DNA of 51,165 nucleotides, from assembly GCA_900128395.1 (NCBI GenBank), contig LT649267.1:1-51165 (forward strand), given 5' to 3'. This DNA is from Stramenopiles sp. TOSAG23-2. Lineage: Eukaryota. The number at the start of each line of letters is the position of its first letter. The first letter of the stretch is position 1. Position numbers and translations under genes: made by a program. The notes below the pieces were generated by a model. The model ran no database searches, was not told where the DNA came from, and saw nothing but the letters and a program-made list of their open reading frames with translations. This document shows, one piece after another, positions 1-10,589 of the stretch.

Positions 1-292
1 GCCGCAATAGCAGGTAAATTGTCGTCAAAATAGTGCTGTGACGGCCTAAAAAAGTGTGACCATAGCCATAGCATTGATTTTCAATAGTATATACACAGCA
101 TACAATCCAAAAAAACGACGTGGTGTGTTGATTCTTCTTCTTCTTATTATTATTATTCTATTATTAGATCTATCAGTTGAAACATATATCTTTCAGAAAT
201 ATTACGTAAGAAACAATACAAAGATTTAGTAAAATACAACTAATCATATCATCACAACGTTAACACTTCTCATATCATACTTATAATTTATC

Positions 293-874
293 ATGCCATA
301 CGCAAAACATAACATATTAATACGAAGATTGAAATCCAAAGAGAGAACACGAAAACATAGAGAAGCACAAAAAATTAAATCAGCCCTTCTTCTGAAAAAT
401 TATAAAAATAGAGAAGCAATACGGAAACATTATTCCAGCATTAACCATGCAAAGAAAAGAGGAAAATACAAACCACGTAAGCCAAAATATAAAAAAATAA
501 TGTACGCACCCATACCGAAAGGCGCGCGCATGCATAAGAATCCAAATGTCCCATATTATTTTCTAAACGGACGTGCAATCCGATTTAAAGTGATAAAAGA
601 AAAACTCATACGACATACTGATTATAATATAATGTACAAACCAGAGATATTAGGCTTAAAACATACACCACAAAAAGAAATTACTAAAAAAAAATTATCT
701 ATCAATAAACAAAAAGATTTAGAAAATGGAAATTATATAGATACAGAGACTGGACATAAAAACATCCAAACTACACGATTCATTCAACAAGAGCGTTCTA
801 CTGCAACTAGAGATTCAGAATGGTGGAAAGAAGCATTTACAAAACGCAAATCTGCATATAAAGCTAAAAAATAA
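293..874 (+). CDS. Hypothetical Lys/Arg-rich basic protein (193 aa), no recognisable domain
   Basis: Open ATG-TAA frame in very A-rich DNA; no motif recognised; directly followed by a repeat block. Confidence 0.45.
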   Translation: MPYAKHNILIRRLKSKERTRKHREAQKIKSALLLKNYKNREAIRKHYSSINHAKKRGKYKPRKPKYKKIMYAPIPKGARMHKNPNVPYYFLNGRAIRFKVIKEKLIRHTDYNIMYKPEILGLKHTPQKEITKKKLSINKQKDLENGNYIDTETGHKNIQTTRFIQQERSTATRDSEWWKEAFTKRKSAYKAKK

Positions 875-913
875 TAAAAAAAATTATTAACTTTTATTTG
901 TTGTTATTCTTGC

Positions 914-1545
914 ACTCTTCACCATCAATCTTTACACCATCTCACCACGCACCAACCATCTCACAAGTGTAGAAGTGGCAATGAACTTGGTAAAATAATT
1001 TTTTATCTATTTCTTTTTTTTTTTTGCGATAAATATACTACACATATATTACTTAAACAATACGCATTTTATATAGGAAACTATCGTTTGTGTAAAGCTG
1101 TGTGGGCTATGGCGCTATGGCCTTTTTCGCTTCGAGCTTTTTCGTTTTATTTTACTCTTCACCATCAATCTTTACACCATCTCACCACGCACCAACCATC
1201 TCACAAGTTAATTATACTCTTCACCATCAATCTTTACACCATCTCACCACGCACCAACCATCTCACAAGTGTAGAAGTGGCAATGAACTTGGTAAAATAA
1301 TTTTTACTCTTCACCATCAATCTTTACACCATCTCACCACGCACCAACCATCTCACAAGTGTAGAAGTGGCAATGAACTTGGTAAAATAATTTTTTATCT
1401 ATTTCTTTTTTTTTTTTGCGATAAATATACTACACATATATTACTTAAACAATACGCATTTTATATAGGAAACTATCGTTTGTGTAAAGCTGTGTGGGCT
1501 ATGGCGCTATGGCCTTTTTCGCTTCGAGCTTTTTCGTTTTATTTT
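914..1545. repeat. Mosaic direct-repeat array of three modules in the order A-B-C-A-A-B-A-B-C
   Basis: A = 55 bp ACTCTTCACCATC...TCTCACAAGT at 914, 1154, 1216 and 1306. B = GTAGAAGTGGCAATGAACTTGGTAAAATAATTTTT at 969, 1271 and 1361. C = ~150 bp at ~1004 and ~1396. Copies are essentially identical. Confidence 0.95.
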
Positions 1546-1575
1546 ATCTAAACAAATTTCACGTACTTACACAAT

Positions 1576-1649
1576 ACCATTTTATATAGGAAAAATAACT
1601 TCCTGATAACACACCATTTTATATAGGAAAAATAACTTCCTGATAACAC
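1576..1649. repeat. 37-bp tandem repeat, 2 copies
   Basis: ACCATTTTATATAGGAAAAATAACTTCCTGATAACAC x2; the core CATTTTATATAGGAAA is also present in module C of the upstream array. Confidence 0.9.
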
Positions 1650-1842
1650 TTAATTTTTTCGTGGCAGGGGTCCTTGCCGTCTGTGCGGCAGCTGGAAATT
1701 TAAATTAAAATTTACTAAATCTAAAATAAAATCTTAGTAAAATCTAACCGGACGACATGATGTTAGTACTATTTTTCCTATAGTAAATCCAGTAAAGCGT
1801 ACTATTATATCCAAATATCAAAAACAAGTTTAAAAGTTGTTA

Positions 1843-1851
1843 TACCAGGTA
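1843..1851. promoter_or_regulatory. Recurrent intergenic palindrome TACCWGGTA, copy 1 of 4
   Basis: TACCAGGTA; other copies at 4265, 11627 and 51067, all non-coding. Function inferred. Confidence 0.35.
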
Positions 1852-2068
1852 TTGCACGACATGAAAAGAGAAAATAAATTCAAAGGAATCAATGTGCCAA
1901 TATTGTTGGGGAAAAAAAAAAAGGCATATATCATCTAGAATATTAACAATTTAATAAAAAATTAATAAATAATATTATAGTATAATACCCAGTACGTACG
2001 CGTAGCATTTTGATTGTTTGTGGTTAAAACTCTCGGTACTAAATTATAAAAAGTTTGTCACACACTCA

Positions 2069-3799
2069 TCACTTCGATTTTTTACCTTCATTATTATCAT
2101 CATCATCATCATCTTCATACATGGACATAAATTGAGATTGTAATTTTCTTGAAGTAGTATCTTCAATTTCTTCAATTTCACCGACACTTAATTCTCTGCT
2201 CATGAGCTCATCTAAATCATCTACAGATGATATCATACTTTTATCGTTTAAAACACCTGATATAGAACGTATTAAATTAGCACTTTTATCACTTGCATTT
2301 GTGCTTACAATATTATCAATTTGATCGGTAATAGTAGTAGAATTTCGTCGAGGCGAATTTACAATACCATCAACTAAATCACTTGATTTAGTACGTCGAA
2401 CATCCCGTACAACAGCTCTTGCTGGGCTACTACTAGTATCGCCATTACCACCTTTTATACTATCACTATTTTTTCCTGCTATTTTTTTACCCGGTTTCTT
2501 TCTTTTACTATTTATTTTTCTTTTTAATTGATTTCTTAATCCTCTTATTTGACTAGTTTGCTTTAACAATTTTGTCTCTAATTTACCTACATATAATGAT
2601 CGTGATTTTAAATCTTTTTCAAGTTGTTTTTTTTGACTAACAACCCATTTCATACGTCGAACGGTTCCCATTAACCATCGTTGTTGCCTTGCAATCAAAT
2701 CACGTCCTTCTTTAATAGAAGTTTTTTGCTTTGTATGCATTTCAGAATTCTCATGTTGTAATTTATCAAGTTGACGACGTAAACGTAAATTTTCAGCCGT
2801 CGTTGCTTTCAATTGTGCTAACCTTGATTCTAATTCATTGGTATGTATTGGATGTGCCCTAATAACATCGTATCCCATATCACCACGTTTTAAATTTTTC
2901 AAATTCTGTTTCAAATTATTTTGACTATCATACGATGCTGGTGGCATAGATTCTGCCATTAATCGCGGCGTTGCAACTTTATCCCAAAATTCTTTTTCAT
3001 GAAATGATCGTTTTGACTCCTCTGTTGGTGTTGATAAATATTCCGTAACAAGTGCACGTAAAGATCCAGCATTAGATTCCAATATACGTATACGTTCCTC
3101 TGCAGCTTCTGCTCTGTTTTCTAGCTCTTCTTTTTCTGCTAATACATCAACATTGCGTTCAACAACTTGTTCCAATTGTTGCGCTAAAGCATCAATTTGT
3201 TTGGAATATTTTAAAGTTTTCTTCTCTTGTAAATTTATCTCACGATTACGAGTATTCAATAATTGCCTGTTTTCAGATCTCAAATTTTTAACTTGATGCT
3301 CTAAAATTCGTAAACGTTGTTTCATTTCTACAGTTGCCATATCAAAAGTGCCAGTAGATGTCAATATACGAGTGTCATTATCGATTTCATCTTCCTCTTT
3401 TTGCTGTCGCTCTTGTTCTTTGGCTATTGCCTCTGACATGCTACTTGTATCATTTCCAGTCACAGAGATTGTAGTTGAATTATTATTGATGTTACTAATA
3501 CTATTTTCATTATCACTCATAACTTCACTACTATTAATATTATTATCATTTGCTTGTTTTTCAATACTACTATTATCATTATTATTATTATTAATGCTAT
3601 TCACTACAGCTGTTGTTGCAGAAGAGGATTGTATTATTTTTTTCTTCACCGATCGGTTCATTTTCTTCGTGGATGATTTATTGGAAGACGACTTACGATT
3701 TGAAGATTTTGAAGAGGACGTAGATGATTTCTTTCTATTACTATTATTTTTCTTATTGGATGTTGTGTTTTTTTTTGATTTTTTCGTATGTGACGACAT
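2069..3799 (-). CDS. Coiled-coil protein of unknown function (576 aa)
   Basis: Long ORF; S/K/N-rich N-terminus followed by long E/Q/K/L/R-rich helical segments. Confidence 0.8.
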   Translation of the reverse strand: MSSHTKKSKKNTTSNKKNNSNRKKSSTSSSKSSNRKSSSNKSSTKKMNRSVKKKIIQSSSATTAVVNSINNNNNDNSSIEKQANDNNINSSEVMSDNENSISNINNNSTTISVTGNDTSSMSEAIAKEQERQQKEEDEIDNDTRILTSTGTFDMATVEMKQRLRILEHQVKNLRSENRQLLNTRNREINLQEKKTLKYSKQIDALAQQLEQVVERNVDVLAEKEELENRAEAAEERIRILESNAGSLRALVTEYLSTPTEESKRSFHEKEFWDKVATPRLMAESMPPASYDSQNNLKQNLKNLKRGDMGYDVIRAHPIHTNELESRLAQLKATTAENLRLRRQLDKLQHENSEMHTKQKTSIKEGRDLIARQQRWLMGTVRRMKWVVSQKKQLEKDLKSRSLYVGKLETKLLKQTSQIRGLRNQLKRKINSKRKKPGKKIAGKNSDSIKGGNGDTSSSPARAVVRDVRRTKSSDLVDGIVNSPRRNSTTITDQIDNIVSTNASDKSANLIRSISGVLNDKSMISSVDDLDELMSRELSVGEIEEIEDTTSRKLQSQFMSMYEDDDDDDNNEGKKSK

Positions 3800-3979
3800 G
3801 ATTATTCACAATAATTAATAAATAAATGAAGGATATACAATTATACTTGTTATTATATATTATAAATGATAATTAATAACGATACACGAACCAAGAAAAA
3901 TGGGAAAAACGTATATAATTATTCTAAATATTGAATGCTTTAAAAACTACTTTTAATTACAAATTGTCTATCTATACCG

Positions 3980-4022
3980 ATCTATCTATCTATCTATCTA
4001 TCTATCTATATATATATATATA
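3980..4022. repeat. Compound microsatellite (ATCT)n(AT)n
   Basis: Seen directly in the sequence. Confidence 0.9.
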
Positions 4023-4164
4023 AAATATATATACCTATCGTATAAAATATAATAATAATATAGCAGGTAAATAGTACTAACGTTCATGATCGCGTGGTGT
4101 TGGTGGAGGCCGAAAATCGCACTGTATGTGTGTGGCGTTGGAGGTGAAAAACGAAAAGAAACCC

Positions 4165-4220
4165 GATCTGCAGGATCTCCAGATCTGCACATCTCCAGAT
4201 CTCCAGATCTCCCAGATCTC
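4165..4220. repeat. Imperfect CCAGATCT short-period repeat in a divergent intergenic region
   Basis: GATCTGCAGGATCTCCAGATCTGCACATCTCCAGATCTCCAGATCTCCCAGATCTC, lying between head-to-head genes. Confidence 0.8.
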
Positions 4221-4264
4221 TGCAAGTGCCTCTGGATCCTCGTACAGTATTATAATGTATATAA

Positions 4265-4273
4265 TACCTGGTA
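4265..4273. promoter_or_regulatory. Recurrent intergenic palindrome TACCWGGTA, copy 2 of 4
   Basis: TACCTGGTA in a divergent promoter region. Function inferred. Confidence 0.35.
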
Positions 4274-4459
4274 GATCTTGACAGCGGACAGCCGGACAGC
4301 TCTAATTGCTGGAAATCTCAGCTGGGAAGACCTGGAAGACTCTGCACTTGCTTATGCTGTGGCTTGCCAGAGTATTATACAGCAGTATTAATATTGGTAT
4401 AGTACATACACGTTATTTTTTTTTTATTTATTATAGAGTTATCGACATTAAAGATGGTG

Positions 4460-4461
<2 letters not shown>

Positions 4462-4496
<35 letters not shown>
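4462..4496 (+). repeat. Poly(T) tract, ~35 nt
   Basis: Seen directly, ~120 bp upstream of the LRR gene ATG. Confidence 0.9.
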
Positions 4497-4499
<3 letters not shown>

Positions 4500-4616
4500 G
4501 TAGATAACTCTATAGACTATATAAAATTTAAATATATTTATGAAATATATAGTAAAACATATAAACATTTTACGAACAATTATAACAAAAAGAGAAAAGA
4601 AAAAAGAAAAGGCAAG

Positions 4617-7600
4617 ATGAAGCAGAGTAATACTATGAAAGTGTCACCGGTGAAAAAGCGGAACCCACCGTATACAACTAGGAATTATGCGTTTAAAAAA
4701 ACTGTAAATATCAATTTATCGCCTCTGAAAAAATCTGCTAAAAAATTTAAAAAGTCTGTTCAAACATCACCTGTAAAAAGCAATCGTCGTCGTTTTGGTT
4801 CCAATAATCCATCTGTCTCTCCTGTCAAACGTGTAAAATTCAATCCTAAACCTGGTGAAGTAGAAACCAAAAGAGGTACTCTTCGCGATGTTCTGTTCGA
4901 CTCAAACTTCAACCCACGTACGTCTCCTGTGAAAAAAAGTAGTGATAAATACGATACATCATATTTAAAAAGACCACAGTTAACACTATCACAACAAAAT
5001 ATATTAAAAATGACTGGTATACAAGCTAGGGGAGATGATGGCACTGGGGTTGACTATAGTAACATAAACAATCAAAATAGATTTAATAAGCATTATCATG
5101 TCGATGCAGATTATTATACTATGTTGCATTCGCTTGGTGATCATCGAAAAGCTCGGGAAGCTCTGTTAAATGAAGAAAAATATGCTAGTAATTACAGAGC
5201 TAGAAGTTTTGAAGAAGCTTTAGATAATTATACTGCGAAAGCACAAGCAAGAATAGATAAACTTACTGCTAAATCTTACGGTCCATTGCCAAATAGACAA
5301 ATTTTACCAATGTCACGATTTACAGTAGAGCATGTACCTCCTATCCCAGCTCCACCTCCAACAAAACATGTTCAAACATTGTTTTATAATAATGCCATGC
5401 CAGATCCATCCAATCCAAATTTAATTCCTGTACATAATCCAGAAAACGAAATGAAACATAAAAAATTAACAAAATATGAAGAGAAAGACTTACAAATAAG
5501 TGACCCAGAACGGCGCGCAATGCGAAAGTCCTTCGTAGGCCCTTTTAAAGGTGAAATAAACGCAACTAGTGGCAAAATAGACTACCTCACCCCAACTGTT
5601 GGTAGTAGTACATTAAATGTACAAATACCAAATGCATGGATAAGAAAATTAGTTTATACGAACAACCGAATTACAACTTTTGACCCAATAAAATTAAGAA
5701 TAAAGCTTCCGTATTTACAACAATTATCATTAGGACAAAATGCATTGCGGGAGTTGCCGCAAGATATTGGCAAATTAGCTAGCTTACGAATATTAGATTT
5801 GCATTCAAATATGCTTGTAACGATGCCAGGCACTTTGACTAAGTTATGCCGTTTAGAAGTGCTAGATGTTTCATTAAATGAATTAGTATCTTTGCCAGCA
5901 AATTTTGGTGGATTGAGAAAATTGAGCAAGTTAAACATTACGGGAAACAAACTAACACAATTACCCGATGGAATTAAGCATTGTTTAAATTTAAAGGATA
6001 TTAAGGCCAATGGAAATAAAATTTTAGTAATTGGACAATTTCCAGTTCCAAAATTAAAAGAAGATAAGCGGGATTACAACGAGGAGGATTTATGGGAAGA
6101 ACTAGATGCAACTCAATTTAAGAAAGGTAAGGCATATAAAAATTTAAGAACACATAAATTGCAACGTGCTGCACCATCGAAATCCATTATTACAAGACAC
6201 CACCAGTTACTTGGTGGAATTGAAGTTAGTCTAGAGGCATTGTTGCCACCGAAACGAAAAAAACGTGACATGTTGGATTTTTCAGCTCTGAAACAGGAAG
6301 GCGCGCCAATCAGCAAATTAATGGATGCGCTTGCTATGGTTAATGAAAGCATATGGAGTTGTGCGGTAAATGTAGAATCGGGGAATGTTTATTATAAAAA
6401 TTGTATCAATGACACTACGACTTACATTATGCCAAAAGAATTAGATTTCTTGCCAAATATGCGTCACATACTTGTTATGAAATTTAACTTCAATGGCCTT
6501 CGCTCAATACCAGAAAGTATTGGAGCACTTCAAAATTTAAAACATTTAGAATTAGATTCAAATCGAATACGGGATATTCCCTTGACACTGTGCGAATTAT
6601 TTTCCTTGGAGGTTTTATCGATGGGAAACAATATGATAGAACGTGTACCACTTCAATTGGGTAGATTAAGCAGGTTAAAAAAATTACGGCTACAATTCAA
6701 TGCAATAAACTTTTTACCAGGATCAATTGGGCGCTTGGCAGGATTGGAAATATTATGGGTCGGCCATAATAGAATCAAAACGCTCCCAAGAACATTCGGT
6801 AGATTATATGGTTTGAAAGATTTGCAATTATTTGACAATCCAATGGAAAAGCCTCCTATGTGGGTTATTGAAGCTGGCAAAGATCATGTAATACAATATT
6901 GTAGACAACGTTTAATTGAAAAAGAACAAGGTTTACCACCACGTGTTGAGCTTGCTAGAATTGGTGTCAACAAAGAGGTCATCGTTCCTGTTCCACGGTT
7001 GGAAATGGAAATTGCGATTAAATGTGAAAATGCCATTCGAAGTGGAAAGTTGTTTTTGAACTGGTTAGAATTACAAGATTTCCCTGAAAGTATATATGAA
7101 AATGCTACGAAAATAAGTGAAATTCGTTTCGTAGGAAATTGCTTAGGAAGAATGAGCGAGCGTATTGAACTATTTAAAAACTTACGAATCGCATATTTAA
7201 GTGCGAACAAGATAGAGTCAATACCAAATGTTTTTGGAAGCTGCAAACATTTAGAAGAACTTTACTTGTCTGAGAATTTAATTTCAGAGATACCAAATAC
7301 TATCTGTCGTTTGCCAAAGCTACGTATTCTAAATTTTGCTCACAATCGCTTGAAATCCGTACCGAAAAGATTGAAGACAATGCGAAAATTAGAGATTTTA
7401 AATTTAAATTCAAATGCTATAAAAGCGTTACCAGATGGGATGGAAAGTATGAAAAGTTTAATACGCTTAAGTGTTGGATCAAACAAAATTAAGCACTTAC
7501 CTAGAAATTTCGGCTTGATACCACAACTTACTTTTATCAATTTGAATTCAAATTTATTACGTAGAATTCCAGATTCCTTTGCTAGTTTCCAACATTTAAA

Positions 7601-10247
7601 AGAATTAAGACTTGCGAGCAATCGTTTAGTTGCTTTGCCTAAAGAAATCGGTCGCGATGTCGATGTCGAGGGTATGTATGGAAATGCAGGAGGAACCACT
7701 GGAGATGGCACCGTTGTTGTTGTCGGAAAGGAAGGAGAACAAAAAGCTACAATGCAGGACGAGCTGACAAATAAAATGGACCAAGCATTAGATGATTTGC
7801 ATGATAAAATGGAGGAAAAGAAAGCCATGTTGAAAAAAGCTGCCACCAAAAAAGCAAAAAAATTGAAAAAACAGCTAGTAAGGTACATGAAACATATTAC
7901 AAGAGAACCTCAAACAGAAAGTGAGCGAAACAGTATACGCGGTAAAGCAGTTTTACTCGGAAAGAAAATGTTTAAACAATTACAAGAAAATGACAACTTT
8001 AAGGACGCAATGGAACGTACAGCATTATTACAATCGCAAATGCAAGCAAAATATGCTGAAACCAAAATTGCTCAGATTAGAGCTCGGCGCAAGCGACATA
8101 AAATGCGAAATAAAAAATATAAATCCAAGCCAGGAATTATTAAAGGAACATTGAATCTAAAGGTCAGCAAGAAGGGATACTTAAAGGAAAACTTACAATT
8201 GTACGACACTAAAGAAGGGGTCATGCAACTATTACGAAGAGAGATAAGAAATGCAAAATACCCAAGCAGTGAAGAGAGTGAAGATGAGGAGGCAGAATGG
8301 GAAAAGAAACAAAAAGAGCTTGCAGATAGGCCATTTTCTCCAAATTCTGTTTTATCGGACGATTCTTCAGCAAACGAAGGTGGATGGAGAAGACGGAAAA
8401 AGAAGGCGAAGGAAAAAAAATTAGATACAAGAGGAGTGTTAGAATACAAGGCATCTCCACTGGCGAGCAAATTGGAAGTCTTATGGTTAAGTGGCAATGC
8501 TCTTATTGCCTTGCCGGATTCATTTGGCCATTTCAAACAGATTAAATTACTGACATTGGAATTAAACCCTATTATTTCTCCTCCTCGGACTGTAAGCAAA
8601 AATGGCGCTGATATTTTAGAATTATATTTCAAAGTGAAAAGTCGCAGGTTCCAAAAGTTGGTACATTGCGTGAATAAGCTGGGCTTAAAATTTAATTTCA
8701 AGCGATGCACGCCTGTTGCTGAAGGTTTTTGGAATGTTGAAGACCAAGGCTTTATTACCAACCAAGATTTAGAAACGTTTGAGACTCAAATCAATTCATA
8801 TTTAAATGCCGAATTGTATTTGTTTCGATTTACACCGACAAAAATGATAAAAGATATGATAGTTCTACGCGCAGATCGCGAACAAGCACATTATAAGCTC
8901 GTATTAGGAAGATTCTTAAAATTACTATGGATGGTTGAGAATGAAAAATCAAGAAATTTTCCTTTTTTAACAGAAAAAATTTTCGTGAAAAATGTTACAC
9001 GACCGTGGGGAGAGGAAGGTGAAGAGGTAGATTGCTTTGCCATAGATTTGAATTATGTTTTTGAACCAGTTGCTGAAAATGAATACAGCATCATCGATAT
9101 ATTTAAGAATAGGCCAAAAATAAGTGTTGGAGATCAATATTTTAACTATACAAGCACGATAGGCGAAATTGCCGATGCATCGGTTTCTTTTAATAGACCA
9201 TATGGAAACGTAGCTAAAGTTGACGATATAGCAGATTTCGAAGGTGAATGGCCACCAAGTAGTAGCGATGAGGAAGACGAAGCAAATGATGGGGATACTG
9301 AGACAAATGGAGAAGATGGGACGCCGAAGAAGAAAAAGAAAAAAAAGAAGAAGAAAAAGAAGAAAAAGAAACGAAGGAAACCAGATGAAAAACCGCCACC
9401 TGCTAAAAAAAAGGCATTTGTCATTCAGCAGTATTTATACAATGTGGAGGAAGCCAAGAGAAGATTGAAAGAACGCGAGGGCATTGAAAGGCGTTACCAA
9501 CTCAAACTTGATAGATTTGATGATTATGCCATTACTAAATATGGTAAAAATCGTTTAGGCAAGAAACAACGTTTAATGCGTGGTAGTGTATCTGATCAAG
9601 TGGGTGAAGAAAAACGGAAACTAGGAATCTTGGAGGAAGAAAAAGCTCAGAAAAAAACAACTTTAGACGCTATTCAAAATCGCAAAGATCTTTTTGACCA
9701 AGGGAAAGAATTTAAATTTCATAATTTTAGAGATGCCGATCAAGCAGAAACGGAAGTCTACAAAGCAACGCGAGAAGTTGAGAAAGTACAAAAACGGATA
9801 AATAAAAAGAAACTTGATGTCAAAGAAAAGAAAAAATTATATCAAAAAAAGACTGCAGAATGGAAAGCTGCAGCACGTGCTTTTTTCACTGATATGATTT
9901 TTAAACAAGTGAAACTTAAAGTTTATGAACGGCACAGGCGTCGGGCAAGGCATAGAGGAGTAAGAAGACTATGGGATGGTCGAAATGGCGCAGATTACTT
10001 GGCTTGGTTGCAAGCAAATGGACCGTTACATGATGAAAAATCATACTCAAGCCCAGAAGATTCTAGTGGCTATGATATCGGTTTGGATAGCGACGAAGAG
10101 CGAGAACGAGCAAAAGATGCTGCAGCTACTGCGGCACGTATTGCAAAAGAAAGAGAATTTGTTAGGAATCAAGTTGCTATGTTGCAAGGTGTAGAACCAG
10201 AGGAAGTTACAGAAGCAGATATTGATGAAATGATGGAAAATATGTAA
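4617..10247 (+). CDS. Large leucine-rich repeat protein (1876 aa) with several LRR blocks, degenerate WW-like inserts and a coiled-coil C-terminus
   Basis: Many LxxLxLxxNxLxxLP repeats (e.g. LRILDLHSNMLVTMP, LKHLELDSNRIRDIP); LRR caps (LFDNPMEKPP, LELNPIISPP); WW-like IWSCAVNVESGNVYYKNCINDTTTYIMP. Confidence 0.92.
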   Translation: MKQSNTMKVSPVKKRNPPYTTRNYAFKKTVNINLSPLKKSAKKFKKSVQTSPVKSNRRRFGSNNPSVSPVKRVKFNPKPGEVETKRGTLRDVLFDSNFNPRTSPVKKSSDKYDTSYLKRPQLTLSQQNILKMTGIQARGDDGTGVDYSNINNQNRFNKHYHVDADYYTMLHSLGDHRKAREALLNEEKYASNYRARSFEEALDNYTAKAQARIDKLTAKSYGPLPNRQILPMSRFTVEHVPPIPAPPPTKHVQTLFYNNAMPDPSNPNLIPVHNPENEMKHKKLTKYEEKDLQISDPERRAMRKSFVGPFKGEINATSGKIDYLTPTVGSSTLNVQIPNAWIRKLVYTNNRITTFDPIKLRIKLPYLQQLSLGQNALRELPQDIGKLASLRILDLHSNMLVTMPGTLTKLCRLEVLDVSLNELVSLPANFGGLRKLSKLNITGNKLTQLPDGIKHCLNLKDIKANGNKILVIGQFPVPKLKEDKRDYNEEDLWEELDATQFKKGKAYKNLRTHKLQRAAPSKSIITRHHQLLGGIEVSLEALLPPKRKKRDMLDFSALKQEGAPISKLMDALAMVNESIWSCAVNVESGNVYYKNCINDTTTYIMPKELDFLPNMRHILVMKFNFNGLRSIPESIGALQNLKHLELDSNRIRDIPLTLCELFSLEVLSMGNNMIERVPLQLGRLSRLKKLRLQFNAINFLPGSIGRLAGLEILWVGHNRIKTLPRTFGRLYGLKDLQLFDNPMEKPPMWVIEAGKDHVIQYCRQRLIEKEQGLPPRVELARIGVNKEVIVPVPRLEMEIAIKCENAIRSGKLFLNWLELQDFPESIYENATKISEIRFVGNCLGRMSERIELFKNLRIAYLSANKIESIPNVFGSCKHLEELYLSENLISEIPNTICRLPKLRILNFAHNRLKSVPKRLKTMRKLEILNLNSNAIKALPDGMESMKSLIRLSVGSNKIKHLPRNFGLIPQLTFINLNSNLLRRIPDSFASFQHLKELRLASNRLVALPKEIGRDVDVEGMYGNAGGTTGDGTVVVVGKEGEQKATMQDELTNKMDQALDDLHDKMEEKKAMLKKAATKKAKKLKKQLVRYMKHITREPQTESERNSIRGKAVLLGKKMFKQLQENDNFKDAMERTALLQSQMQAKYAETKIAQIRARRKRHKMRNKKYKSKPGIIKGTLNLKVSKKGYLKENLQLYDTKEGVMQLLRREIRNAKYPSSEESEDEEAEWEKKQKELADRPFSPNSVLSDDSSANEGGWRRRKKKAKEKKLDTRGVLEYKASPLASKLEVLWLSGNALIALPDSFGHFKQIKLLTLELNPIISPPRTVSKNGADILELYFKVKSRRFQKLVHCVNKLGLKFNFKRCTPVAEGFWNVEDQGFITNQDLETFETQINSYLNAELYLFRFTPTKMIKDMIVLRADREQAHYKLVLGRFLKLLWMVENEKSRNFPFLTEKIFVKNVTRPWGEEGEEVDCFAIDLNYVFEPVAENEYSIIDIFKNRPKISVGDQYFNYTSTIGEIADASVSFNRPYGNVAKVDDIADFEGEWPPSSSDEEDEANDGDTETNGEDGTPKKKKKKKKKKKKKKKRRKPDEKPPPAKKKAFVIQQYLYNVEEAKRRLKEREGIERRYQLKLDRFDDYAITKYGKNRLGKKQRLMRGSVSDQVGEEKRKLGILEEEKAQKKTTLDAIQNRKDLFDQGKEFKFHNFRDADQAETEVYKATREVEKVQKRINKKKLDVKEKKKLYQKKTAEWKAAARAFFTDMIFKQVKLKVYERHRRRARHRGVRRLWDGRNGADYLAWLQANGPLHDEKSYSSPEDSSGYDIGLDSDEERERAKDAAATAARIAKEREFVRNQVAMLQGVEPEEVTEADIDEMMENM

Positions 10248-10589
10248 AAATAATAATAAAAAAAATTTTTAGTAATAATATTTTAATAAATTTTATACTT
10301 GAATGGAAAATTAGAATACTATCCGCATATTAATTTTATATGTGCACATCATCTATTTATACTGTATGGCATACTGTATATTAATATTTAACAAAGCACA
10401 AAAACAAATTTTGCATATATATATATATATATATATACATTACATATTTTAAACTAATAATTTTTGTCATACAAGTATCGAAAATGAAAGTCTTTCGAAA
10501 AGTATAAATAACTCAAGCTGCAACAACATTAAATTTTATTTATATAACAAATACAGTAACAGTATAAATCCACTCTAGATTCAAAAATA

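Noticed and set aside
914-1545. CRISPR-like array
   Set aside because: The intervening segments are themselves repeated and vary from 7 to ~185 bp; there are no cas genes and the context is eukaryotic.
1088-1551. ORFs 1088-1300 and 1102-1551
   Set aside because: They are translations of the repeat modules.
3348-3818. Hydrophobic antisense ORFs (also 7340-7888, 8072-8761, 20099-20494, 34336-35010, 49454-49951)
   Set aside because: Shadow frames of K/E/N-rich sense genes.
4617-10247. NLR/ROCO-type immune receptor
   Set aside because: No P-loop NTPase, Roc-COR, TIR or kinase motifs seen.
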